Assembly (NCBI RefSeq): GCF_018977255.1
Contig: NW_024704742.1
Span: forward strand, 47,308,001 to 47,372,000
From: Callorhinchus milii
Lineage: Eukaryota
Direction: 5' to 3'
Length of the DNA: 64,000 bases
In this document: in pieces, positions 12,383 to 25,394 of the stretch
Position numbering within the stretch: position 1 is the first letter of the stretch
Layout: the number at the start of each line of letters is the position of its first letter
The notes under the pieces: model-generated
What the model was told of the DNA's origin: nothing
Database searches by the model: none
Seen by the model: only the letters and a program-made list of their open reading frames with translations
Program-made: the position numbers and the translations under genes

Positions 12383-15300
12383 CCATTGGGAAATGTTTTG
12401 TTTTTAGACTCTGTTGAATTTTACTCGTAACCTTTTGTTGGCTCGTCTGTACAGTATGTGTAATCAATGACTACTTTTTTCATTCATTTCACGTTGCAAA
12501 TAGATCCGTGGATTCACGAGTCCCGTAGAGCAATGTTTCCCAACCTTTTTGATGCCAGGGACTGTCTTTCTCAATTTGTGACAAACCATTGATAGATGAG
12601 CCTGTTAGTTCACAAAATCTAAAGAGATCTCTAATATGCACTAGTCATGAGGTTACCATTCCTTGTGATCAGCTGGATGTCTTGACACATACTGTTTGCT
12701 TAAGCTTAAAGAAAATTATTCGGAAGTTCCACACAATCATGGAAATTTTTGTGTGTCTGGAATGGATTGTACACTCTCACTCTCTTCCTGGAGGGACCCA
12801 TTCCTGCTCACATAATCCAGGAGTATATTGGGGATCTCAGAGTATCCATTGGGGAACGACTCGAGTTTAACCAGCTAAAACCATGGACTGGAAAGTGCCA
12901 TTGAGAAACATTGCCAGAAACTGAAGAGAATAAAAACTTAATTGAGCTTTACTGAGCAGTGACGATATCTGGGATGGTATTAGTGGCCAAGTTCTTGAAA
13001 CTAGATTTTTTTTCTAGTTGAACAGTGTTACCTTAATACTCACAAATGTCAGCAGGAATGTTACTTTGAATTATAAACTCAAAGCAATACCTTTATCTTA
13101 TGTTCAAAGAATGGACTGCGGTATATTTCTAATACCCATTGTGTAGAAAAGAATAGCTTCCTGTAAAAGAATGGAGCAATTGAAAGGATGAACATTCAGC
13201 TTTGCTTAATACCCTGCTAATCATTTTGCTATTAATGTTAGGAAGGTCCAGTTTTTTAATCTACAAGATATATAAAGATTTTCATGAATATTGTTTCAGA
13301 ACGTACAAAGAAAATCCTAGGTAAGGAGCTATTTCCATTCCTCCCATCCAATTTTGTCTCTTTGCCCCCCCCCCCCCCACCGCCCCTCAATGAGATAAGT
13401 TTATGATCATCCGCATGAGTTGGGGGGAAGGGTGGGGAGCAGGAATAATGTGGTAGGTAGTCAAGCTGTGTTAGTGAATGGAGAGTGGTGCTTTCAGTTA
13501 GTGTGTGATGGACTTGGTCATATCTGAGCCAGGCACTTCTGTAATGTTCCAGGCCACTGAACATAAAAACGCTGTGGACGGTTAATGAGCCTGTGTGGGT
13601 CATGAATGGGGGGAGGGGAGGGTCAAGAATGGAGGTATCAACCTGTTACTGGAACCCGGATTCCTCTCGTTCCTCCCCTGGTAACCCAGATAACTTTGTG
13701 AGCTTTTCAGTGATGAACGTAGCTGTATTGACAGCACAGGCAATGTTAGGCACATGCAACCCGTGCAATTGCATGGGGTCCCGCTTCTGCTTCCACCTTC
13801 GCTTCTGCTCACCTTTCTGTGTTCTCCCGAGATGAACAACCAGAGATGAGATAGTTTCTTTCAGCAGCTTTCAATGGGTTTGCATTCTCAGAATCTGATG
13901 AATAAAAATTCTGCTTCTGTGAGTTCCTCTGAGAATCTCCATCAGTGTTTGTGCTGCACATGGTATTGATGAATTCTTGAGGCAGTCTTGCTGGAGACTT
14001 AATCCTGACGCTCACTGAGGGATGGTTTTTGAGCAGGGTGCCCATTTCTGCTGCTTCTAAAGTACAAATACCCTAAAGCCCTGACTGGCCAGACGAATGG
14101 GTGGAGGGGGTCCAGTTCAGTCCAGTCCAACACGCAGGAATTTCCAGCGACATGTAATTACAATGCCAGTGCAACAATTTTTCAGTGCTGGCTTTTTCAG
14201 TGCTAAATAATGCTAGTAAATGCCAAATCATCTATTTTCTGCTCGTGGGATTCAAACTGAGTCAATATCCTGTAGGTCAGAAAGCACTGAGGTGAGGCGG
14301 GGGTGGGCAATAGGAGAGTTGGGCCAGCAGGAATCGACACACGGACCACGGTAATTTTTTTACATTTTTTGCTTTCGGACTGTTCTGACGGGGCGGCGGG
14401 GTGGGGGGGAAGGAGAAAGGCAAAAGAAGGGTTTTGGAAGGAGTTTTCTACCTATGATTGACGCCCAGCTGATCAAACATTATGTGGGATCACAGAGCAT
14501 CTGTGATCAGTGTGGTTTTCTTTAATTCATTCCTGTAATTTCACGTTAGAATAGTCGTGTGGGGTACATAAAGCAAAGTGAGCTTGAAGGTGCTAGCTGC
14601 CAGAAATCTAACATCCTGATTCAGAAGGAGGAAAGAAAATTAATTGAGCTGCTGGTTAACTATCTATGCCTGCAATATACTGCTGCAGATCACCAAGTGC
14701 ATTAAAACACATGACTATTGCTTGTCAAAATGCAGATAAAACATTTGGATGAGTTGAGCTGTTTGTTCCACTTCTATCTCGCATGTCTTACTCTATTTAG
14801 AAAATGGGAGGTGGGTGTGGTGGTAGTTAGCAGTAATATATGCATGTATTATGATTACCAAGGATTAGGGTTAGCATCTGCACAATATATGCTGCTTTTC
14901 AATTTGGAATCCACCTAAGGGCAGATTCTCCTAAAATAGTTAATTGTTTTGCCAAAACATGTCAGTCTTCAATTAACTTTGTGAACCACCCAGCTACCTG
15001 AACATATCCTGCAGCACTATGGAGGTGAAAACCTTGGCTATCAGGTTTGGGAGTGGAAGAACCAAATGCGAGTAGCAATTCTAAACCAAAAAAGCAGGTG
15101 TATGTATTTGATTTAATGCTGCACGTCAGCATGATTCTCAATCCCTGTTAATGCCCAGCATTGTTTCTGAATAGTGTTTTAAAAAATATTGGCACCTTAT
15201 GGTGTTGAGATGTCTCAAAGCATTTCACAGGATATATTGTGAAGTGGTAGGAATATGTATTTTGTGGCAGAACGTGCACAGCACCAATTTAACACACACA

Positions 15301-17669
15301 GCCACGTTGGCCAAGGTACAGAAGAAACTTATTTCTCTTTTTAAACAGTGCCAGGGGATTTTTAACGTCCACTTGGACAGGCAGACGGAACCTAGCTAAA
15401 TGTTTCATCCGAAGGATGGCATCTATGACAGTGCAGCACATTCCCAGCACAGCAGAGACTATATGCTTCCAAATCCCAGCGTGAGGCTATGAACCTTCTG
15501 ACTCAGAGGCGAGAGGGCTACCGACAGAGCCAGTTGACACATTTTTGTAGAAGGCATGAAAAATCTGGGACTGGAGATATTTTTCTACAGTTCAGTATTC
15601 AACACCAGAAATGAGTTTGTGGGTTAGTAACAGCTGTCCTGCGCTGGTGGCGGTGCTGCCATGTTAAATTGTCAGTGTTAATGTGCGGGAAGTTTTGCAT
15701 TTTTAAAAAATATTGATTTTTGTGAGAATTGATGTCTTTGAGGAGAAATGTAATGTGAAGACCCAGCTCGCGATTGGGAGTGGTCAGAGTTTATATTTAA
15801 TTCAAGGAACTCAATAGCTGATTATCCTGTTTACTTATGCTTGGTTTGTTCTGTGGTTTACAATGCTGTGCTCCACCCTGATGAATTGTAACGAAATAGC
15901 AAGTAGAGAAAGGTTCTTGCCTACTTCATTAATGTCATGTTTGTTTCCCCTTTTTATGTTTTTTAAAAAAAGCTGTCAAAATTACACCTTCCGTCCCCCC
16001 ACCCCATCTCTCGCTCTCCCTTTCTCTCCCCCTCTCTCTCTTGTTCAGATTACTTAAATCCAGGAACCAATAAATATATAAATTCAACATTTTAATTTTT
16101 AAAATAAACAAACTATTTGCTTCCAATTGCTGTAGATTAATTTTCGCTCAAACTAACAATCTAAAATAGAATTTTAAATATTGTGAGAAAAGAAGTGCAA
16201 TAATAATCCTTGCATTTGAAATAGTGCCTTATCAAGTCATCCAGATGTCTCAAAGCGCTTCACTGGATAGGCTGTAAAGTGGATTGACTGTAATTTGTGG
16301 GTGAAACGTGGCAGCCAGCTTGCGCACAGCAGTGTCCCACGAACAGTCTGAAGAGTGAGTGACCAATTTTATTTGGGGGATTATTGGCCAGGACATGGAG
16401 TGAAACTCCCTCCTCTTTTCAATCTGTGCCGTGAGATCTTTAACGCCCACCTGACCAGACAGTCGGGACCTCGGTTTCATGGCTCTTCCGAAGGATGAAT
16501 ATTTTATTCCAAGAAGCACCAAAAGAGGGAATTTCAGACCTGCCAGACACTGCTTAACAATGTTTTGAAGGAGCATTGAGTAAATGCTAGAAAAAGAGGG
16601 ATATTAAAGAATTACAAGTGAGATTTGACGAGCCAAATGGCCTGTTTCAGTGACATTCTATGAAGCCATCCCGAGATTATTTTCACTTTTAAAAAATCAT
16701 AAAGGAGGCTTAGATGAAGGCCCCTTCGTTCTCAACCTTCCAGAATACCATCCTCCCATTACAATATCAAGCTCTGTAATCAGTCCAATGTCCCAGCACT
16801 AAATATATGTCCTTTCATTCTACTGTCTGGTGTATTTGGAAGTATTGTTTTGGGTTGACTCAAGCCCATTCAAAGTTTATTGTACCTCTATAAGGTCCCA
16901 TTTCAAGACAGAAGAGTCTTAACTTGTATAATCATTGCTCATAGCTCATTCCTCTGACATTGGGAGTCATCCTTGCTCTCCTCAACACTACCTCTGGAGT
17001 CTGGACAATCTTTATGTCCTAAAACTGCCCACTGGGTTGTCCACACATCTCTCTGTAAGGCTTACCTTGTCTTTCTCTCTACCAGCTGTGCTGGAAATGA
17101 AGCATGGCTATCAATTATAATTGATGAGTTTAGTTTAAGGTAATGCACCACAGTGAACTGCAGCACCGCTGGTTGCCACTGGGCGTTGCTAGATTTTTAA
17201 TGTGGGATTTGCTTGCGCCACTTATGTTTATTAGAAAATTGATTTCAGTGAGATTTGGGAATGGGCGGAGTGGAGCAAAGCCCTCCTCTTGACTCTTACC
17301 CCATATAGTAACAGTTAGGATGGTAGTTGCTAAAAATGACAAGTTTGAGTCACATCTGCAGTGAAGTTGGTGGTGGAGGGTAAGGGAAATATATTTATCA
17401 CTAAGTAAATATGCTTTAGCAGTAGTTAGTGTGCACAAGGCTTGTATGTTGAGGAATTTTTAAAATTTTGTTTTCTTTAGAAACTGATTTGGAAAAAGAA
17501 ACCGAAAGGTGTTAACAAATGGAGAAAGATCTCGACCTAACGTTTAGCATGAGGTATATGGGCTGGTGAATTTTTGCTTTCTCCTCCCCATTCCCGACCA
17601 TATCAAATAATATAAACGATAGCTCCCAGTTATCTAACCAAATGCTTGGAAATCGATGTCATTCAGAAG

Positions 17670-18037
17670 GATAACCCCAAAATCCTGTTCTCCACGACCC
17701 ACCCCCTCCTCCTCACTCCCTCTCAAACACCCTCGATCCTCACTTCTGATACCAATGCGAAGAAGTCATAACAGAACAGCTGCTTGACTTCCTCCTCCTT
17801 CATCACCCTCTCCTCCTACCACGGCCACCACCCTACACTCCTTTGCCCCATCTCTTCCCATCCCCCCCCTCCCACTCTGTACCCACCTTCAAATCCCACG
17901 TAAAGATCTACCTTTCTGATTGTCCTTCTGGTCACCACCCTCTCCCCCTGGCGCAGTGTCAGACTCCGCTACTGTCAAGCACTCTGGGACTCTACTCCAT
18001 ATGAAGGGTGCTATATAAATGCAAACTGTTGTTGTTG
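17670..18037 (+). mobile_element. Decayed L2 3' fragment
   Basis: C-rich body ending in gctatataaatgcaaactgttgttgttg. Confidence 0.65.
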
Positions 18038-21000
18038 ATATGGATCAGTTAAGTAAGTGGGGGTATGAAGCCACGGATATTAATGTACATCAGAAATTAC
18101 AGATTTCGGAGCAGATTGGAGCAGTACTGTGAACATGTGAGCGATAAGTAAACCATGTGTACGTATTGGAAACTTGACAATTGGAAAATGTGGGAAAGAA
18201 GGGGTTGTACGTGGGTGATTCATCATGTGAAGCAGTTAGTCTGGTTATATGAAGTAAATGTACATCTAAATGGTAGCTGATATGTTGAGACAAGTTTGTA
18301 TACTCACTGCGGAAAGAATGAACTGCCATTTTCGTGGCACCTTTTGTAACCACTGAAAGCACATGACTGTTAATTTATCAACTGTGATCTTTTTGAAGAC
18401 CAGTGCAGCCCCATTCATGCCAAAGTTAGACTATCTGGAGGTTAGTCCTTTGAAGGACCAATTTTATCTGGAGGATGAGGATTGTTCGCCAAAGCATCAG
18501 GAGAAATTCTCCTTTTTGAATAGGGCCATAGGTATTTTATTGTTTTGAATTATGGCACGTCAGAGAATGCAGCTCTCCCAGTACTTCACTATCATGTTGG
18601 ACCTAGATTTTGAGCTCAAGCTCTGATCCAGATCACTGCTAAAATCATTTTAAAAATATTTGACATGAAAAGCGCTACAATAAAACTCCAAGTCTTATCT
18701 TTATAAATCGTATAATCACCTCAAGTTGCACATGACCCAAATCCATTCAGGTTCCTTTCAAAACCACTTAGATTTCTTTGTACTCATCATATTAATCATC
18801 TCCTAACTCGTAATGCTGCCCCCTATCCTCCCATTACTCCTGCACTAATCGCGGGAAACTTACTCTTGATCTGTTGACTCATGTGCAGAAGAACTTCATT
18901 TCCTACAATTCAGTGTGATTCCAATGCTTGCCGGTAAGTGCTCAAGTGGCGATGGGTCATGATGCATTGAATTGCAGGAAACATTATTCACCCATCATCG
19001 CATGTGTACTCAGTCATTGAGCCAGTAATGTGCACTTACCGGCTCAGTGACCAAGTGCCACATACGTATTTACCGACTGCATTCAGTTACACATGAACAG
19101 TGTAGATTATTGATTAAATCGGATTTTATTCGACTTATATAAATATGTCTGCAACTCAGACTTTGTCTAAGGTAAATGTTGTGGTCCCGACTGATATGGC
19201 TTTAGTGAGTTTTACTGTGTATAAATGTAAATTTGTTTTGTTGTTGCCAACTAAACCAGACTGTTGCCTTAATAAAACCATCTTGAGAATATTTGTCCTA
19301 ACTTTAGACAAAATATTGGGAGAGAGTTCGGAACGGTGCAAACTGGTTTTGGTTAAAGTTTGAATGCTGCTTAAAGTACTATAACATTCTTCCAGTCATG
19401 AATGCTGTTTATGGACTGATGTAATCCCAAATAACCTTTTTAATCTCAAGTTTCCAATACGTACACATGGTTCACCTATTGCTCATGTGTTCTCAGTACT
19501 GCTCTGATCTACATTTTCTAACTCGGCCTCCATAGAGCATCTGCCTCAGGACTGCAATCTCCAAGCATAACTACGCTTTTGGTCATCTTTCCCCTCTTCA
19601 CTCCCTTTGGCTCCCACTTCTGGTGCTCAGCCACCATTGCCAGGTGCTTTGAAACTTTCTCCTGATGTGAAAGGTACTAGATAAATAAGCAGAGTTATTG
19701 CTCATTGCCAGAATTCACCCAGAAACACTTGATTTCAACTATTTTCATCACCCGTCTTGTAAAAGATGGGTAGCTTCTGATAGAATAATTATGGAACAAT
19801 TGAAATCCCAAACAATGAGGAACATTGTAAGCAAATTTAGGGTAGTCAAATGTTTTCAGCTATGTATCTTACAAATTGTCCTTGCAACCACTGCAAAATC
19901 GTTCATTTTCATTCTCCACAACAACAAAAGCTGTTTGTTAAAAAGTAGTTTGTGAATATGGATGAGATATTAAGCCGAGGCCCTACCTGCTTCTACAGAT
20001 GGACTTTAAAGATGTCACGCCAATGTTCAAAAAGAGAAGGGAGTTCCTCTTGGTATCCTGGCCAATAAAATGGTCATGCCCTCCACGGCTGTTTGCGGGA
20101 CATTGCTGTGTACAAATTGAGTCCAGTGTTTGCCACCAAATACAATATCTACACTTTATAATATATTCTGTGAAGCACCTTAATATGTCCTCTTGCTTGT
20201 AAAAGGCACTCTACCAAATGTTAGGATTATTAAGGTTCTTGTTATTAGTATAATATGACAAGCAAAATGAAATCCATGTGCTTAATTAAATAAAAACATC
20301 ATTAGTATTGAATCTAGTTTGTCATGGACATACTCTTTCTAACCAAGTTTAACACTAAGCCCAACAGTAACACCCACAAAATATACAGTTCACTTTACAG
20401 TGTATTCTGTGAAGCGCTTTGTGACGTCTCGAAGACTTGATAAGGCGCTATATCAAATGCAAGTCTTATATTTACAACGGACTGATTTCAGTATTAAATG
20501 CAACCTATAAATGTGCGTGCACAATAAATATCTTATTCGCGAGTGGCCAACAAAAAAAAAGCTGGATAATTCAGGTAATTGCTGGTTTGGTCCACTGGAA
20601 CTTTTATTCCGACAAGTAATGTGACTAATTCTGCAGCTGCTCCACTTTACATCTTTAATTATTTACGTGTCATATTTAGTGTAAATTCTCTTTCACTGAG
20701 TTGTGGTTCAAGGGCGTGCAGAGCAGCAGAGAGGGCTGTGTTCTGTGGGTGTTAACCCCTTCATCTGCAGAAGCTCTCAAAAGTTCTTTGAACACTTTTG
20801 GGCCGATTGCTGAATTGCTTTGGAGTTTCTGTTTGTGCCTTTTCTTCCGTATTTTGTTTGATTATGTTTGCCTCATACACAGGTGTGAATTTCTACTGAT
20901 TGAACATCATATAAGTGGAGCTGCCCTTTTGTCAAACCTGTCAACATTTGACCTAGTTTAATCTTTTAGAAGCTCAGCAAAATGAGGAAAACATTGCAGC

Positions 21001-21606
21001 ATCAATTGGTTCTACTTTTAAATGTGAATCCTGGTACCTTGGTTATTGTTCATTATTCCCTACTTTCAATAGTAATCAAAATATCCTTGACAACATTATT
21101 TTTAAAATAATTAGCGATACATTGCATCACTGCTTACCAGTTTTATTCAGTAAACACTGTTTCACTAATGAGTGTGCACACAATATTTAATTTTATTCAA
21201 ATTTACTAAATTGTTATTGCAAACGCAATCCACTAACCCTAACTAATTGTCTACCCCACCCACTTACACACACTTAAACTTACACAATTGAGTACCTGAA
21301 TGGAACAAATATCAAGAAACATGTTTTTTATTTAATGTTTGTAATAATCCCAGCCCACAATTCCCCGGATAAAATTGGTCATTCACTTCATGGCTGTTTG
21401 TAGGACATTGGTGTGCACAAAATTGGCTGTCGGTTTCTTCCACAAAACATCTAGTCACAGCACTTTACAGTAAATCCTGTGAAGCGCTTTGAGACATAAT
21501 GTGAAAGGCGCTATACCAAATGTAAGGAATATTAATTGCCTCCTCAATGCAGCCAGTGATAAAGGAAATTACTTCCCATCTATGTTATGATTAATAAAAT
21601 TACGGA

Positions 21607-22900
21607 TCAAAATTTCATGTTGGCAGATTTTTTAAATTGGATTTTGTGAATGGTGGAGTTGGGGAGATCGGCGAGGAGGGCATTGGAAAAATTAAAGGTG
21701 GAAGGTGACTGATCATGGATAAGGGTTTCAGCTGTGTTAGGTGTGAGATGTAGTTGGAGCTGGCGATGTGATGCAGGGACTGGATGTGATGGGAAGGACA
21801 ACTGGGGAATTGAACCTGAAGTCTAAATTGTGCACAGGTTCAATGAGTCTGAATGACAGGCCAGGGAGATAAAGGAGGTGGTATAGGTATGAAGATGTTG
21901 ACAAGAGCCAAGGAGTATGACTTTCGTCTTGTCAACATTCAGCTGCACAAAGTTGGTGCTCAAACAGCCCCTGATATCTGACAAGCCAGCAGACAGAACA
22001 TGGGTGGACTTGGGTCATGATTTGAGGAGTTAAAATAGATTTGGGTGTCATCCACACACTTGGAAGTTAAACGTGTATCTGCAGATATCACCGAGAGGAA
22101 GCATGTAAATGAAAAAAAGGAGGGGTCCAAGGAAAGCACTTTGTGGTACGCTATAGGTGACCATGCAGGGGCAGGAGGGGAAACCATTTGTGGAGACGGC
22201 TGTGGTGCTCGGTTAAGTAGGATCAAAACAGGAGAGTGCGGTGCCACTAAAGTGGATGAGTGAGGAGAGATGGTCAAGGAGGGTGGCATGATCAATTGTT
22301 GAAGGTGGTGGCGAAATCCAGGAGGACGACGAGGCAGAGGAAGCCCTGGCCACAGATAGAGAGAACATCATTTAAGACTTTGAAGACCTTTCTTTTTGAC
22401 CGCATTTTTGGTCACCTTCCCCCTCCCACTGGCTCGGCCCCGGGATCCATTACTGTGAAGCGCTCTGAGACGCCATCCGGTGTGGAGGGCACCATATAAA
22501 TCCGAGTCGTTGTTGTTGATGGCTGTCTCAGTGCTGTGGGCAGGGCAGAAAACAGACTGGAGGGAGTAGGGAAGTGGAGGGAAAGGTGTGCACAAAGGTG
22601 GTTTGCAACAGTTCACTCCGGACTTGAGATGAAGGACAAGTTTGAGTTGGGCAAATAGTTTGTGAAACATGAAGGATCAAGAGTGTTTTTTTTTGAAAGC
22701 GGGTGGTGACAGCAGTTTTGAGGGGGAGCAAGACCATGCGGAGGAGAGTGACAGGTTAACTGGTTAATTACTACCACCAGCAGAGGGCAAAGGAGGGGGA
22801 GTTGGGTGTCAGCAGCTGGATGGGTGAGGGGGAGTTTAAGGCATTAGGTGGTGGGCTTCATATGGGTAAAGATGGTTGTGAGAGACAAGGGGAGGGTAAT
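21607..22900 (-). mobile_element. Decayed L2 RT fragment with a nested + strand L2 tail (about 22380-22518)
   Basis: Minus-strand peptides HSTETAI, KVLND, VDDTQIY, ALLADLPNSTIHK. Confidence 0.8.
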
Positions 22901-23522
22901 TTGAGCCGAGATAACTAGGAACACCTCTTGGAAGGAGTGTGTGGGGCAGGTTGTGGTTTTGTATGAGACCACGGAACATTATAAGGCTCAGAGAAGTCCA
23001 CATGCATTGCTTATATCTATTTTCCTGCAAGGCTTTGACCTCATGCCTCATGAAATCGCACGATGAAACTGGAAGCTATGGAGATATATAGCCAATATAT
23101 AGCCAGTGTGTATTCTGTCTCCAAGATCCATGTCGGGGTTGACTGTAAAATCATCAAGCCCATCCCTCTTGAAAAGGGGAGTACGGCAAGGCTGTCCACT
23201 GTGACACACCTTATTCTATGTATTCATCAATTATGTATTAAATGGCACAGGGAGAGGACAGACTTGGTATATCTGTTCCAGGTATTCATGACAGAATTGT
23301 GGTGCTTCTTATGCTGCTGGAAGACTGGTCTGGGTGTCACAATCACTGTCCTGTACTCCATTCACCATCCTGAGCACTGTGCCGCTCAGTGGGACTTCAT
23401 GGTGGGTGACCAAAGGGTAGAATCTACAGGACAAAAGGCTTGTGAAGGTGTGGAATGCTCTGGCGCAGAGAGTTGTAGCGGTAGGATTGTTTAAAGCGAA
23501 AACAGAAAGATACTTGGGTTGT

Positions 23523-23839
23523 GGAGTCCTGTAGCTCAGTGGTTGGAGCACTCGCTTTGCAAGTGAGAGACCTGAGTTCAATTCCAGGCAGGGCAAAACC
23601 TTGGGCAAGTTTCCTTACTCCACACGGCTAATAATAATCCCTCCAAAAAAACAAAACAATAATAAATTGGTCATTTTCAATCTACGACTGTTTGTGGGAC
23701 ATTGCTGTGCGCAATTGGCTGCCGCGTTCGCCCACAAACATAGTCAATTCACTTTACAGTGTGTTCTGTGAAGCGCTTTGGGACGTCCTCCCGACCTGAA
23801 AAGCGCTATATCAAATGCAAGGATTATTATTATTATTAT
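23523..23839 (+). mobile_element. Young full-length tRNA-derived SINE (short subfamily)
   Basis: Near-identical to copies at 36676, 38980 and 50551; (ATT)n tail. Confidence 0.93.
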
Positions 23840-25394
23840 AGTTGCGATATGGAGGAGTATGGTAAAAAGATGAGGCAATGTCGGAAAACCTCTGAAAAAA
23901 TAAAATAAGCCGGAGGAACCGGCTTGATGAGCTTAATTATCTCCTTCTGCTTTCTTCTTAGCCTTAGAATTTTTTAAATTCTTGAGAATGACTAATAACT
24001 TGATGTGGTGGCATTCTTAATTAGATTAGGTTGTGGCTTATACAATCTCTCATAAATATTACCATTACAGTATTGGGTTCACAGGGATTGAGGGAAAGTA
24101 ATTCTACAGACAATTTGTTACATTACCACTTCAGTGGTAATGTAACAGCTTGCACTTGTTTAACACCTATCCAATAGGATGAATGCCTCCAAGCCCTTCA
24201 CAAAGGTGGTTGGGATCTCTAAGCAGAGAACAAAGTAAGGATGGGAGTGTCAAAGTAAGGACACGTGCTCTGGGACACTACCCTGCCTGAGGGGTGCAAT
24301 ATAAATGCAAGTTGTTGTTGTCAGCCTGACTTACTCACTTAGTAGAACTCATCCTCTGAGTCACAAGGTTATGAGTTTAAGCCCCACACTGGGCCTTTGA
24401 ATTCAGTCAAGGTTAACACTTCAGTGCAATGCTGGGAGAATGCTGCACCATCAAAGGTGTCATCCTTTGGATCAGAAGCTAAACCAAGGTCCTGTCTGTC
24501 TATTCAAGTAGATGATAAAGATCTCATGGTGCTATTTGGAAAGAGAGGGAGTTTCACCCGATGTCCTGGCCATGATTGCCTCAAATAAAATTGTTCATTC
24601 AATTCATGGCTGTTCAAATGTGGGATATTGCTGTGCAGAAATTGGCTGCCACATGCACTTACAAATACGGTCACCACAGTTTACATTAAAGTCTGGAGTT
24701 CTTTGAGGCATCCTGACATGAAAGACACTAAACCAAATGCAAGAATTACTATTGTTTGAGCGTTAACCAAAGGCATCATTAAAAATAACTTTGCGGGTTT
24801 AATGGCTGGGAAAGAGCATATAAAGGAAATGAGTTTGGGGAGAATGTTCAGAGAGTGGGGGCATTGTGGCTGAAGGCTCATTTACCATTAATGGAGTGAG
24901 GAATGAGCAGTTGGGCAGTGTCTCACAAGTGCAAAGCATAGGCTGGAGGAAATTATATAAGTACAGTTGAAATCCCATAATAATGTGCTTCATTATAGCA
25001 CAGGTTCACTTATAGCATTAGTTGAGGTGGGCATCTTGACAATCACTTACTCAAAAAATTCACGGATCTACGCAATTACTGCTTCGAAACACTGACCAGC
25101 ATGGGGAAGCCAGAATGGCAGACTCATTTGCTCTACATCTGTAGCTCTCGGGAAGTGACATCAGCAGCAGACTAACGTCCCATGAATTGGCCATTGTGAG
25201 TTCTTCGGTGCTAAGATTTTTATATTTGTTATACAATACAATCTTACATTTACATTCCACTTTTCACCCGGGAAGAGTCCCAGGGCACTTTACAACAATA
25301 GCTTTACGTTTAGGGTCGGAAGTTTGGTGTTGTGCGGAAATTTGTGCTATTGAGCTGGAACTGCTCAATAAAATCATAAATGACAATCCGAAGG

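Noticed and set aside
17481..17553. Exon-like segment with a strong acceptor (ttttgttttctttag) and gtatat donor
   Set aside because: Stop codon in the TBC1D1 frame and phase mismatch with the next exon; could only be a UTR or poison exon, with no further support
20982..21033. ATG-initiated phase-1 segment MRKTLQHQLVLLLNVNP as another alternative first exon
   Set aside because: The donor gtacct is weak and nothing else supports it
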